From: Gemmatimonadaceae bacterium
GTDB lineage: Bacteria > Gemmatimonadota > Gemmatimonadetes > Gemmatimonadales > Gemmatimonadaceae
Direction: 5' to 3'
DNA length: 60,988 nucleotides
NCBI GenBank assembly: GCA_040902005.1
Contig: JBBDYA010000124.1
Location: forward strand, 1-60,988
The notes under the pieces: model-generated
The model's database searches: none
What the model was told of the DNA's origin: nothing
What the model saw: the letters and a program-made list of their open reading frames with translations, nothing else
Part shown: piece after piece, positions 46,601 through 57,008 of the stretch
Layout: each line of letters begins with the position of its first letter
Numbering within the stretch: position 1 is the first letter of the stretch
Program-made: the position numbers and the translations under genes

Positions 46601-47789
46601 ACCCCTCTTCCTCGGCGGGTGACCGAGGCGCCTGGAGCGCCTCGAACGTCGGGGCCGGACCGCCGAGGATGAAGGAGGGGAGCGTGGTGTTGACAACGGC
46701 GTAGAAAATGAGCGCGCCCACGATATAGTCCGGACCGTTGAAGGAGTCCCGCAGCAGTTCAGCGAGCACCAGCGTGAACACGAGCGTGGGGACGAGCGAC
46801 GTGGCCACGCGGCGCGAATTGCCCAACAGCTCCGACAGCGCGAGGCGACGGTGCCACATCGTGAAGCCGATGCGCAGGGGCACGAACACGGCAAGGAGTG
46901 CCAGCCCCAGCGCGAGTGCCCAGAGAGACGCCTGCGCCGCGTTGATGTGCATCCCGGCCACGAAGAAGTAGAACGGGATGAAGACGGAGCCGAAGGCCTC
47001 CAGCGCGTCCACCATCTTTTCCGACGAGAGTGCCGGCAACTTCTCGCGGAAGCGTTGCGCCGCGATGCCGACGAGGAAGGCGCCGAGGAGGTAGTACACG
47101 CCCAGCTCGCGCGTGATGATCGCCGACACCACGGCCACGACCAGGAGAAACGCGAACTCGGAGCGCGGGGCGTACGGCAGTACCACGGCGGCGAAGAACC
47201 GGAAGGTGAGGGGAATGAGGACCACGATCGCCGCCATGGCCACGATCGCCAGCCCGAGCTGGCGCGCCGACGTGGACTGTGTCACGAAGAACAGCGCGCC
47301 CAGCGCGATCAGCTCGAGGGCGATGGCCTTCGTCTTGACCGCAAATTGCTCCTCGACGCTCAACCCGCTGTTCGCGAGGGTGGACAGGATGAATCCGGTG
47401 GACGGCGTGAGCAGCGCGAGGGCCACGAGCGTCGCCGCGCGCCCGCCGAGCTCGAACGTGTACGCGGCGGCGACGGCCGTTCCGGCGAGAATGGCGGACC
47501 AGAGCAGGCCGTGCTGGAAGAGCACGCGCCGATGGCGCCTCAACTCCTCGCCGTTGATCTCCAGTCCGGCGAAGAGAAAGAGCGCGACGATCCCGAGCGT
47601 CGAGAAGAGATTGAGCCCCGCGCTCGGCTCGACCCACCCCAGTGTGTGCAACGCAAATCCCAACAGGAGCGCGGTCACCGCAGCCGGCAGCCGGTAGCGC
47701 TGCAGCGCGCGAGGGACGACGATCAGTACCAGCAGCAGGATGACGAGCGCGAGGTCGTCGTTGACCGACAGGTCCTGAATCATGCGCAC
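46566..47789 (-). CDS. Cation:proton antiporter (CPA2-like)
   Basis: About 12 TM; LFLFAGLE, TPSTG, YLLGAFLVG and FIPFYFFVAG motifs. Confidence 0.85.
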   Translation of the reverse strand: MRMIQDLSVNDDLALVILLLVLIVVPRALQRYRLPAAVTALLLGFALHTLGWVEPSAGLNLFSTLGIVALFLFAGLEINGEELRRHRRVLFQHGLLWSAILAGTAVAAAYTFELGGRAATLVALALLTPSTGFILSTLANSGLSVEEQFAVKTKAIALELIALGALFFVTQSTSARQLGLAIVAMAAIVVLIPLTFRFFAAVVLPYAPRSEFAFLLVVAVVSAIITRELGVYYLLGAFLVGIAAQRFREKLPALSSEKMVDALEAFGSVFIPFYFFVAGMHINAAQASLWALALGLALLAVFVPLRIGFTMWHRRLALSELLGNSRRVATSLVPTLVFTLVLAELLRDSFNGPDYIVGALIFYAVVNTTLPSFILGGPAPTFEALQAPRSPAEEEGFSEGAPDDFYR

Positions 47790-47817
47790 GTGAATGGCTC
47801 TCCGGGACGGCCGTCAG

Positions 47818-50535
47818 CTACATGCCTGAACCGTGGATCGCATTGAAGAGTAGCCGGAACGTGCCGTGCGGTTGTGCGCGCTTGAGAATCTCCGGACCGA
47901 AGAGGACCGCCCTGCCCTTGCCCACCCGCGCCTGCACGGCGACCGCGCCGCCCTCCAGATAGCGCTCTCCCCATGCCCAGCCGCTGCGCAGCGGGGTGGC
48001 ACTGTCGAACCAGGCGATACGTGACACGCCGGCGGCGGCCGCTCCCTCCCCGAGCCGGAACACCGGGCTGTCGTCGAAGAAGAAGTCCGCACGCCCGCGC
48101 ATGCCGGCGGCAATCGGGTGCGTGGTATCCACGCGCGCCGACACCAGCGAGCCTGGCACGAAGAACTTTGTTCGCGGCAATGGTGCCCCGTTCTCCGCCA
48201 GGTGATTCTCGATCGGCAGCCCCAGAAACTCGATGAGCGCCGTAGCGGATTCGCCGATCGCGATCACCGTTCCGCCGTTCTCCATGAACTCCTTCAGACG
48301 CGGCAGCGTTCTTTCCGCCGTCACGCGCCCTTGCTGCCCTGCAAACTCCGGTGGCAGATCAGGAATGGGCGGCTGATCGGCGCCTCGCCGGCGCGCGTTC
48401 GCGGCGGGAATGCCACCGCTCACGAAGACCAGCGCGTCGAACTTCGCGTTGAGGTTGCCGGCATCGAGTGCCGGGGCGAATACGCGGGAGAACGGAAACT
48501 CGAACTGTTCGAGAATCCAGCGCGCCCAGCCCGCGTCCATCGAACCGCCATACTGGTCCCACAGGCCCACGCGGGCCGGTCGCACGCGCCGGCCGTTCGA
48601 GAGGTCGTCGCTACTGCCCGCCAATGTCACTCCGAGTTCGCGCGCGAGCCGTTCGAGTGCTGGCGCGCTCGCCGCGCCGCGACCCGCGCGCACGTGAAGA
48701 GCGCTGCCCGGCAGCTTCCACAGCTCGGCGCCACTGGCAAGGAGGCGATTGGCGGCGATGTAGGCGTTGTTCACACCGAGATCCATCACGAACCCGTTCG
48801 ATCCACCGCCGGACGCGAGCACCCGACCCGGCGGCGGATTCACGTTCCAGTCGGGCACCTCGGCGAACGTCGTGGCGGCGGGCGTGAAGGGCTCGAGAAT
48901 CCGATCGAACTCCACCCCCATCTGGAACGCGAACGTCCACCCCGCATTGTCGTACGGCGGCGTGGGAGGCGCGCCCGGAGACGGAAAGACGTTGGGATGT
49001 ACCTGCGGCTCGAACATGTCCAGCACGTGCGGACGGAACGCCTGCGCGGTGAACACCACGAACGACCCTGCTGGATATCGCATGCCCGTCACCGAGAAGT
49101 CCGTGGTCGCGCGATGGATCGTGATCCCCGTTTCGCGCAGCGCGCTCACGAACTTCGTCGCCGTGGGAAAGTCGCGTTGGTTCGCCGGAATGATGTACGC
49201 CCTGGGGTCGCGAAGGTCCGGCCGCCGCAACGCGGCCCATACCGCGGCCTCGCGCGCGCGCCGCGCGGCGTCAGACTCGCCGGCCTGCGCCGATCCCGCC
49301 GCCAGCTGCTCGGCCGCCTCCGCGTAGCGCTTCGGATTCGGTGTCCAGCTGTTGGTGCTCCCCCGTTCGATCGCGCGCCGGCCCATCGTGTAAATGTTGT
49401 ACAGCACATGCTCGCGATTGCGCGACGCATGGTCGAGCACCGCGCGGTTGAGCGAGATGGAGTAGTCCACCGACTGGCGAAAGTGCCAGGCCTGCGGCTC
49501 GATGGGATACGCGAGATCGGCCGACGGCAACTGCCGTTCCATGCGCAGCGGAATCCGCATCGGCGTCGGGCTGCCCACCATTTCCGTCAGCAGCGCCACG
49601 GTATTGTGGAACGCCGCCGTGTTCCGGATGCCACCGTTCCACCAGCCGTCGTAGGGCCCCCCGGATCGCATCGTCGCGCCGGGCTTCCCCTCTACGGCCA
49701 TGCGCGTGTGCATCGCGGCTCCCAGCGTCTGAAAGCCGAGGATGAGCAGCGGATCCAGATTGTAGTTGTACGGTTCGCGCAGCGGCGGCGACCAGAAGAT
49801 GGTGCCGGCGGGTCCGCTCTGGTGGTGGTTGTAGAGAATCTGCGGCGACCAGTCATGGTACAGCACCCGATTGATGTTCTCCGTTTCCGCTTGCGTGGAC
49901 GCGAAGAAGTCGCGGTTGTTGTCGTGGCCGATGTACTTCTGGTACAGGCGGGGAAGCCCGGCAATGGTCCGCTGCAGGGTGTCCGCGCGCCGCATGTACC
50001 AGTCGGCGACGAGATCATTCCCGTCCGGGTTGGCGTGGACGAGCAGGAGAATGACGTCGTCCAGAATGCGCATCGTCTCGTCGTCCGTGCGGCTCACCAT
50101 CTGGTAGACCATCTCGCCGAGCTGCTGGGCGCCGAGGGTTTCCGTGGCGTGCAGGCCACCGTCGATCCAGACGACTGCCTTCCCGTCCCTGGCCAGCTGG
50201 CGCGCCGCCTGGTCGTCGAGTCCCTGTGCCAGGGCGAGCCGGCGCGAGATGCGGCGATACTCCTCGAGCCGTCGGTGATTCGCCGGCGACGTCACGATCG
50301 CCATGTAGTGCGGTCGTCCTTCGGCCGTTTTGCCGATCTCCCGCAGGACCATGCGGTCCGACTCGCGATCGAGCTTCTGCCAGTACGCGGCAATCTGCTG
50401 ATAGTTCGCGAGAAAGTAGTCGTCGCCGAAGTTGTGGCCGAACTCCTCTTTCGGTGTCGTGATCCGCGGCGACTGGGCCGGCACCGTGGCGGGGATGGCG
50501 AGGAGCAGGGCGAGCGCTGCAACGCATGGTTTCAT
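47818..50535 (-). CDS. M14 zinc carboxypeptidase family secreted protein
   Basis: Signal peptide; IDGGLHATE, NPDG, DNNRD and YNHHQ motifs. Confidence 0.88.
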   Translation of the reverse strand: MKPCVAALALLLAIPATVPAQSPRITTPKEEFGHNFGDDYFLANYQQIAAYWQKLDRESDRMVLREIGKTAEGRPHYMAIVTSPANHRRLEEYRRISRRLALAQGLDDQAARQLARDGKAVVWIDGGLHATETLGAQQLGEMVYQMVSRTDDETMRILDDVILLLVHANPDGNDLVADWYMRRADTLQRTIAGLPRLYQKYIGHDNNRDFFASTQAETENINRVLYHDWSPQILYNHHQSGPAGTIFWSPPLREPYNYNLDPLLILGFQTLGAAMHTRMAVEGKPGATMRSGGPYDGWWNGGIRNTAAFHNTVALLTEMVGSPTPMRIPLRMERQLPSADLAYPIEPQAWHFRQSVDYSISLNRAVLDHASRNREHVLYNIYTMGRRAIERGSTNSWTPNPKRYAEAAEQLAAGSAQAGESDAARRAREAAVWAALRRPDLRDPRAYIIPANQRDFPTATKFVSALRETGITIHRATTDFSVTGMRYPAGSFVVFTAQAFRPHVLDMFEPQVHPNVFPSPGAPPTPPYDNAGWTFAFQMGVEFDRILEPFTPAATTFAEVPDWNVNPPPGRVLASGGGSNGFVMDLGVNNAYIAANRLLASGAELWKLPGSALHVRAGRGAASAPALERLARELGVTLAGSSDDLSNGRRVRPARVGLWDQYGGSMDAGWARWILEQFEFPFSRVFAPALDAGNLNAKFDALVFVSGGIPAANARRRGADQPPIPDLPPEFAGQQGRVTAERTLPRLKEFMENGGTVIAIGESATALIEFLGLPIENHLAENGAPLPRTKFFVPGSLVSARVDTTHPIAAGMRGRADFFFDDSPVFRLGEGAAAAGVSRIAWFDSATPLRSGWAWGERYLEGGAVAVQARVGKGRAVLFGPEILKRAQPHGTFRLLFNAIHGSGM

Positions 50536-51077
50536 CACGGCAATCCTCTCTGATGCATGATCGCTCCGTCGATGGTCTCGTCTCCGATCGTCAGATAGAG
50601 ATGGCCATCATTCGCGGAAAGCGCAAAGGTCATCCTGCGGTCGAGGCGCTCGGCGAGAGCGGCGATCAGCTCCCGGTCGAACGCGACGATCTCGAGCGCC
50701 TCCCGACGGTGGATGCGCTCGCCCTCCAGGGCCGCCAGCAGCCGGCGCGGGTCCTTGTGCGTGTACACCACCACGCGCGGCGATGCCTTGCTCGCCTTGT
50801 GCAGGCGCCTGGCGTCGGGACTCCCGATCTCGATCCAGCTGCGAAGCGCGCCGGTGAGATCCCGGACGGCGATCGCCGGCTCGTCGGGTTCGGCGAGCCC
50901 CTTCGAGAACGCGATTCCCTCGGCGTACTCCAGGCAGTACGCCAGCACCCGTGCCACGAAATACTCATTGGCTTCCGAGGGGTGTTGCGCCGCCTTGAAC
51001 GACAGTGACTCGTAAACGGAGCGCTCCACGTGCGAGAGTTCGATCTCGAAGTTGTAGATCGTCGCGGTCAGCGCCAT
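50535..51077 (-). CDS. yaeQ: YaeQ family protein
   Basis: MALTATIY, AQHPSE, FSKGL..PDEP and WIEIGSPD motifs. Confidence 0.92.
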   Translation of the reverse strand: MALTATIYNFEIELSHVERSVYESLSFKAAQHPSEANEYFVARVLAYCLEYAEGIAFSKGLAEPDEPAIAVRDLTGALRSWIEIGSPDARRLHKASKASPRVVVYTHKDPRRLLAALEGERIHRREALEIVAFDRELIAALAERLDRRMTFALSANDGHLYLTIGDETIDGAIMHQRGLP

Positions 51078-51114
51078 AACACCTGCATGCACCCCAGAGG
51101 ACGCAGTTCGATGG

Positions 51115-51342
51115 TCAGCGATCGGCTCCAGCCTGTTCCCTGGCCGTTCTGCCGATTCGCCTGGCGCTCTGCACGTTCATGCCGCCCCGCAGCACGAACA
51201 ACGCCGCGAACGCGACGTCGAACGCGCGCGACCCCGTAATCGGAGACGCGCCTGCCAACGGGCGCAGCGCGATGAACACGCCCAGCGACACCATCACGAC
51301 GCCGAGCGTGATTGCCATCCAGAAGCGAACGTCGCGAACCAC
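51115..51342 (-). CDS. Small 2-TM hypothetical protein
   Basis: Two hydrophobic helices; fills the gap in a same-strand gene run. Confidence 0.55.
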   Translation of the reverse strand: MVRDVRFWMAITLGVVMVSLGVFIALRPLAGASPITGSRAFDVAFAALFVLRGGMNVQSARRIGRTAREQAGADR

Positions 51343-51348
51343 CGCGGG

Positions 51349-51942
51349 CTAGCGAACCGACCAGGCGGTGGACAGCTCCTGGCTCCCCCAGGCGAACCGC
51401 AACTCGCCGGACGCCGCGCCGGTCTGGGGCGCCGTGGGAATCAGCCACACCGTGAAGCTCTCCATCGGACTCGCGAGCGCGCGCCGTCGCAGGGGGATGC
51501 GAGCGACATCCTGCGCGCCGACGTACTCCGTGCCCCACTGCCCCGTGTTCCGGTTGACGATCAGCGTCCAGCCGGCGCTCGTCGGCAGCGCATACAGAGA
51601 ATACTTCCCCTTTGGGACATGCTGGCCACCGAGGGTGAGATCCACGCCGGTGTCGAGCGTGCTGGATTCGTTCGCGCCAAATCGCCACACCGAATCCAGG
51701 GGGACGAGATTACCGGTATGCAACGCGCGGCCGCGCAGGTGCGGTTGGCCATAGTTCACGCTGATGGTCGCCGGCGACATCCCCTCCCCCTGCGCGCCGC
51801 GCGGCGGCGCCAGGTTCACCACGGTGATCGCGCGCGTGCTGGCCGCGGCGTTGAGCGGCGTGGGGGAGGGGGGGGGCTGCTGCGCGCCCAGAGTGGATCC
51901 GGTGGCCACCAGCGTAAGGACGGCGAGCGAAGTGCGGAGCAT
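51349..51942 (-). CDS. DUF2911 domain secreted protein
   Basis: YGQPHLRGR, WRFGANE, GKYSLY and GQWGTEY motifs; ATG 51942. Confidence 0.85.
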   Translation of the reverse strand: MLRTSLAVLTLVATGSTLGAQQPPPSPTPLNAAASTRAITVVNLAPPRGAQGEGMSPATISVNYGQPHLRGRALHTGNLVPLDSVWRFGANESSTLDTGVDLTLGGQHVPKGKYSLYALPTSAGWTLIVNRNTGQWGTEYVGAQDVARIPLRRRALASPMESFTVWLIPTAPQTGAASGELRFAWGSQELSTAWSVR

Positions 51943-52017
51943 GTAAGGACCTTCCCGGTGCAATTGTGAACACGGAGTTTCGCCCCTTCCACCGCCGCGA
52001 GGCAAGGGCGCGTGTAG

Positions 52018-52374
52018 AGGAACTACCGCAGGGCACCTCTGAATTCGCTGGCGTCGTGCGGCGCCATCCTCGACGGCGTCATCATCGTCACGAAAGACAC
52101 TATCGACGTGCAGATGACGCCCGGGCCCTGCCGGTACGATCACCGCTCTGCAATGTCGCCCATCGCTATCGTCTACCAGTGTGGCGACGTCTCGGTCTCG
52201 ATCGACCGCGGCGACCCCATCAACCGCGCGTCCAATTCGCTCCTCACCACGGTGGTCGTGACCAGGCGTGAATGTGTGCGGTACGAGCGCGGCGCGTGCG
52301 TCCAGTGGCGCGAATTCCAGGACGAAGAGCAGGCGCGGCGCTCCGGCCGGCTGCGGGTGACGCGCGCGTCGTAA
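52018..52374 (+). pseudogene. Possible 5'-truncated gene remnant
   Basis: Frame open from the stop at 52015-52017; protein-like beta-rich Cys-paired sequence (ILDGVIIVTKDTIDVQMTPGPCRY..YQCGDV..ECVRYERGACVQW) with no good start or signal peptide. Confidence 0.3.
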
Positions 52375-52406
52375 TACGGCCACCCCGGGGGGGGGGGACA
52401 CGCGGA

Positions 52407-54572
52407 TCAGGGCGTTGGCGAAGCGTCCCGGAGCTTGCGGCTGAGATACGTGTACTCGAGCGCCGCGCGCCTCGCACTCTCGCGCAGGTTCGCGGCCGCG
52501 GAATGTCCACCGTCGGTGTTCTCATAGAACAGCACGGGATAACCGAGTTCCTCCAGACGCGCCGCGGCCTTGCGCGCGTGTCCCGGGTGCACCCGGTCGT
52601 CCTTGGTGGACGTGTGGATGAATGCCTCCGGATACTTCCGACCCGCCGCGAGCGCCTGGTACGGCGAGTACTCCATGATCCATGCGCGCTGCTCCGGGAT
52701 GTCCGGGTTGCCGTACTCGGCGATCCACGACGCGCCGGCGAGCAACTTGTGAAAGCGCATCATGTCGAACAGCGGCACCTGGATGACGGCGGCGTTGAAC
52801 AGCTCCGGATGCTGCGTCATCGCCACCCCCATGAACAGTCCCCCCTGCGACCCGCCCATGATGCCGAGGCGACGCGGTGAGGTGATCTTCCGCGCGATGA
52901 GATCCCGCGCCACCGCGATGAAATCCTCGTGCGCGCGCTGGCGATGCTGGCCCTGCGCCGCCTGGTGCCACGACGGACCGAACTCGCCGCCGCCGCGCGT
53001 ATTGGCCACGACGTACACGCCCCCGCCCTCCAGCCAGAGCTTGCCCAGCGTCGGCGAGTAGCCCGGCAACAGGCTGATCTGGTAGCCGCCGTAGCCATAC
53101 AGCACCGTCGGATTGTTGCCGTCGAGCACCAGCGTCTTCGGGCGCGTCACGAAGTACGGGATCTTCGTTCCATCGGCCGACGTCGCCTCGAACTGCTCCA
53201 CCAGGAGATTGGAGGCGTCGAAGCGCTCCGGCATGGAGCGCACCTTCTCGATCGTGGCCGCGGCCGCGTTGCCCAGCATGAGACTGTTCGGCGTCAGGTA
53301 GTTGGACGCCGTGAAGAACAGGTCGTCCGACAGCCGCGATGACGACCCGATCCCGAGCGTGGAATTGTCCGGAAGCGGAAGCTTCACCCGACTCCAGTTC
53401 CTGTTGCCCGCGTACTGATAGCTGTACACGGCGCCCTTCACGTTCTCCGTCATGGAGACGATCAGCCGGTTGCGCGTGCTGGAGGTGCCCTGGATGGCGT
53501 CACGCGGGCCGGGATGCAGGATGCGGTACGGCGTGGCACCGGTGGGGTTGGCCTTGAGCTCCGCGAGGTCGAAGGCCAGCAGGTCGCCCTTGGTGAAGCC
53601 ACGCCAGTCGCTCTCGGTGCTGAACACCAGCTGCCCCGACACGAGCGAGCGGATGGACAAGCGCGAGGGGACCGGGAGACTGACGCGTGTCCAGTCACTC
53701 TGCACAAGCGAATACTCGGAGTCGTAGAAGTTGATGCCGCGGAACGCGATCATCGCCTGCACCGCGCCGTCCGCATCGCGCAGCGCGAAGACGCCGGCGG
53801 ACACGTCGCTCGGCGTGCCGCGGTAGACTTCGCGCGCGTCCTCCACGCGCTGGCCGCGCGAAAGCACTCTCGTCGTGAACGGGTAGCCGGACGTAGTGAG
53901 CGTGCCGGGACCGAAGTCGCGCGACACGAGGACCGTGTTGTCATCCAGCCATCCCACGCTCCCCTTCGACTCCGGGAAGACGAACCCGCCGGTGACGAAG
54001 GTTCGTGTTTCGCGATCGAACTCCCGAATGACCGACGCGTCCTTGCCGCCGTCCGACAGGTTGATCAGGCATCGGCGGTCGGCGGGGGGAAGGCAGTTCG
54101 CGCCGCGGTACACCCAGTTGGCGCCCTCGGCTTTCGCGAGCGAATCGACATCGAGGATGGTGGTCCACGCGGGGTTCGCGGAGCGGTAGCTCGCGAGCGT
54201 GGTGGTGCGCCAGATGCCGCGCACGTGCGTCGCGTCCCGCCAGAAGTTCTCGATCGCCGTGCCGCGGAACGCCGGAAAGGCGATGCGGTCGCTGGCTTCC
54301 AGGATGGTCAACGCGTTGTCATAGAACCGCTGATAGCGAGGATCGGCCTGGAGTGTGCCGAGCGAACGCGTGTTCCGCTCGCGCACCCACGCCAGCGCCT
54401 GCTCGCCCTCCACGTCTTCCAGCCACTGGTGCGGGTCGTCCGCGACCGGCACGACGGGAGTCGCCGCGACCTGCGCGGCTTGCGACACCGGCATCGGCGA
54501 CGAGATCTGGGTGCGCGCACACGCTGCACTGAGGATCAGCGCGAGCGGAAGGGAGAGGCGTCGGAATGACAT
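52407..54572 (-). CDS. Prolyl oligopeptidase (S9A) lipoprotein
   Basis: DPHQWLED, YGYGGY, NTRGGGEFG, GGSQGG, DDRVHPGH and GGH motifs; ATG 54572. Confidence 0.93.
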   Translation of the reverse strand: MSFRRLSLPLALILSAACARTQISSPMPVSQAAQVAATPVVPVADDPHQWLEDVEGEQALAWVRERNTRSLGTLQADPRYQRFYDNALTILEASDRIAFPAFRGTAIENFWRDATHVRGIWRTTTLASYRSANPAWTTILDVDSLAKAEGANWVYRGANCLPPADRRCLINLSDGGKDASVIREFDRETRTFVTGGFVFPESKGSVGWLDDNTVLVSRDFGPGTLTTSGYPFTTRVLSRGQRVEDAREVYRGTPSDVSAGVFALRDADGAVQAMIAFRGINFYDSEYSLVQSDWTRVSLPVPSRLSIRSLVSGQLVFSTESDWRGFTKGDLLAFDLAELKANPTGATPYRILHPGPRDAIQGTSSTRNRLIVSMTENVKGAVYSYQYAGNRNWSRVKLPLPDNSTLGIGSSSRLSDDLFFTASNYLTPNSLMLGNAAAATIEKVRSMPERFDASNLLVEQFEATSADGTKIPYFVTRPKTLVLDGNNPTVLYGYGGYQISLLPGYSPTLGKLWLEGGGVYVVANTRGGGEFGPSWHQAAQGQHRQRAHEDFIAVARDLIARKITSPRRLGIMGGSQGGLFMGVAMTQHPELFNAAVIQVPLFDMMRFHKLLAGASWIAEYGNPDIPEQRAWIMEYSPYQALAAGRKYPEAFIHTSTKDDRVHPGHARKAAARLEELGYPVLFYENTDGGHSAAANLRESARRAALEYTYLSRKLRDASPTP

Positions 54573-54625
54573 GGCGTTTGCCTGGAAGGCGTTCCAGCAA
54601 ACGTACGCCGCGGACCGGCGAAGGG

Positions 54626-56926
54626 CTACGCGGCGGGGAGGCGCAGGATGAAGGTGGATCCGCCACGTTCGCCGCCACGAACGGTGAGGTCGCCTCCCAT
54701 GCCGCGCGCCAGGTCGCGGCTTATGGAAAGCCCCAGCCCCGTCCCTTCGCTCGCCGCGCCCGCGAATCGCAGTTGCACGAAGGGCTCGAAGATCGCCTCG
54801 ACCTTCTCCGCGGGAATTCCGACGCCGGCATCGGTCACCAGGATCTCGACGCATGATCCGGCGGCAAGCCCGCCCACGGACACCGTCGAGCGACGAGGCG
54901 AGAACTTGATTGCGTTCGACAGGAGATTCAGCAGCACCTGCTGCAGCTTCTCGGGATCGGCGGCCACCATGAGCGCCCCGTCCGTGTCCAGTTGCTCGTA
55001 TGTCATGTCGCGCTCGCGCAGTTGCGGCGCGAACAGGGCGTCCAGATCGGCGAGCGCCTCGACCACTCGCAGGGGCCGGATGTCGTACTGCACGCGCCCC
55101 GCCTCCACCTTCGCGAAATTCAGCACCTCGTTGATCAGCGAGAGCAAGTGTCGCTGGCTGCGTTGAATCCGGTCGAGGTCCGTGGCCTGTTCCGCTGTCA
55201 CACTCCCGCGGACGCCGAGCGCCAGGAGTTCCGCATATCCGGCGATCGCGTTGAGCGGGGTTCGGAGCTCATGACTCATGTTGGCGAGGAAGGTGCTCTT
55301 CGCCGTGTTGGCTTCCTCCGCCTGGCGCCGGGCGTCAATCGCATCTCTGTAGAGCCGCGCGTTGTCCACCGCAACCGCGGCGCGTCGCGCGAGCTCCTGC
55401 GCCAGCGCGACGTCGTCGGTCGTGTATCGTCGCCCCGACTCGGCCGCGATCAGCGACAGTGCCCCAAGCACGCGCCCGTGCGTGGACAGCGGCACCGTGA
55501 TCGCCGATGAAATACCGACGCGCCGCAGAATCTCGAGATGCTCCGGGTCCCTCGCGGCCGCGACGAGCATCGCATCGGTGACCTCCGGATGAACGTCGGG
55601 CTCTCCGCTGCGGATCACCTGCGGCACCCCGGTGGCGGCGTCGGGATCCGGTGGGTAGCGGCGATTCAGCTCGATCGCCCACTGCACCTTGTCGGGATCC
55701 ACGTGCGCCACGGACAACTGGCGAAGGACGCCCTCCTTGTCGAGCACTGTTACCGCGCACCAATCGGCCAGACGCGGAATCACGAGCTGCGTCAGCGCGC
55801 CAATGGTTGCCTCGTAATCGAGCGAGGCGCCCAGGATTTCGCTCGCCCGGGACAGGTAGAACAGTGTCTCTTCCGCGCGCTTCTCCGGTGTGACGTCCTT
55901 CCACACTACGGCGAGGCCGCCATCCGCCAGTGGATAGCACCACACTTCGGTCCAGGTGCCAGTCTTCGCGCGGAACTCCGTGAAGGCCACCGGCTTGCGG
56001 CTGTCGGCCGCACGGCGCATCTCGCGCTCGAATGCCGTGCCGATCAGGTCGGGAAACTCCTCCCAGAGCACGCGCCCCAGCACCGACTCGCGCTGCTCCT
56101 CGGCGCGAAACACCCGGATCGCCGCCGCGTTCTCGAACCTGGCGCGCCAGTCGCCGTCGTACACAACCATCGGATCGGAAATGCTCTCGAGAATCCCTCG
56201 CGCGAATTCCTCCGCCGCACGGATGTGCTCGTTGGCGTCGCTCAACTCTTCATTCGCCGCCTCGAGCTCCGACTGCTGCGCCTCCATTTCCACTGCCTGG
56301 TCCTGGAGCTGCTGCGTCTGGAGCTCGAGTTCGATTCCCTGCTGTTCCAGTCGCTCGGCACTCTCCGCCAGCTCCGTGTGCGTCCGGGCCTGATGAATGG
56401 CCAGTGCCGCGCGGCGTCCCAGTTCCTCGGCGACACGCACATGCGCCGCCGCGTACCGGCGCCCGGACTCCGCGTGCACCAACGTGAGCAGGCCCATTGC
56501 GCGCCCGTCGACCATGAGCGGCACGGAGATGAAGGACCGCAGTCCGAGCTTCCTGATGGCCTCGAGATGCTCCGGGTTGCGCGCGCTCGCCTGCAGCATC
56601 GCATCCGGAATCTCGGCGAGCCATTCCACCCGCCGCGCGCGCAGCCGAGCATAGGAGCCCGTGGGCGATTCGGGATCCTCAGGATACCGCTCCTGAAGCC
56701 GGCGCACCGCTTCGACCTTTTCGGGATCGGAGTGCGCTACCGCCAGTCGCCGCAACCGTCCGTGGTCGTCGAGAAGGTCCACGGCACACCAGTCTGCCAG
56801 CGTCGGAACGGCGAGCCGGGCAACACTCGCCAGCGTCGTCTCGTAATCCAGCGACTCGTTGAGCGCCTCTCCGGCGTCGAGAAGGAAGCGCAGGGTCTCA
56901 CGAGACTCCCGGGTCAATTCCGGCAT
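54626..56926 (-). CDS. Soluble GAF-PAS-GAF sensor histidine kinase
   Basis: Two SLDYE..LADWCAV GAF repeats; PAS; NMSHELRTP; NLLSNAIKF and GTGLGL. Confidence 0.92.
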   Translation of the reverse strand: MPELTRESRETLRFLLDAGEALNESLDYETTLASVARLAVPTLADWCAVDLLDDHGRLRRLAVAHSDPEKVEAVRRLQERYPEDPESPTGSYARLRARRVEWLAEIPDAMLQASARNPEHLEAIRKLGLRSFISVPLMVDGRAMGLLTLVHAESGRRYAAAHVRVAEELGRRAALAIHQARTHTELAESAERLEQQGIELELQTQQLQDQAVEMEAQQSELEAANEELSDANEHIRAAEEFARGILESISDPMVVYDGDWRARFENAAAIRVFRAEEQRESVLGRVLWEEFPDLIGTAFEREMRRAADSRKPVAFTEFRAKTGTWTEVWCYPLADGGLAVVWKDVTPEKRAEETLFYLSRASEILGASLDYEATIGALTQLVIPRLADWCAVTVLDKEGVLRQLSVAHVDPDKVQWAIELNRRYPPDPDAATGVPQVIRSGEPDVHPEVTDAMLVAAARDPEHLEILRRVGISSAITVPLSTHGRVLGALSLIAAESGRRYTTDDVALAQELARRAAVAVDNARLYRDAIDARRQAEEANTAKSTFLANMSHELRTPLNAIAGYAELLALGVRGSVTAEQATDLDRIQRSQRHLLSLINEVLNFAKVEAGRVQYDIRPLRVVEALADLDALFAPQLRERDMTYEQLDTDGALMVAADPEKLQQVLLNLLSNAIKFSPRRSTVSVGGLAAGSCVEILVTDAGVGIPAEKVEAIFEPFVQLRFAGAASEGTGLGLSISRDLARGMGGDLTVRGGERGGSTFILRLPAA

Positions 56927-57008
56927 TGGGCCAAACGGTGAGTATCAGACGCCGGAAGGCCGGCGCGCCGGAACGCAACGAGGGACCAGCTCCCTCATGA
57001 CGCCGCGA

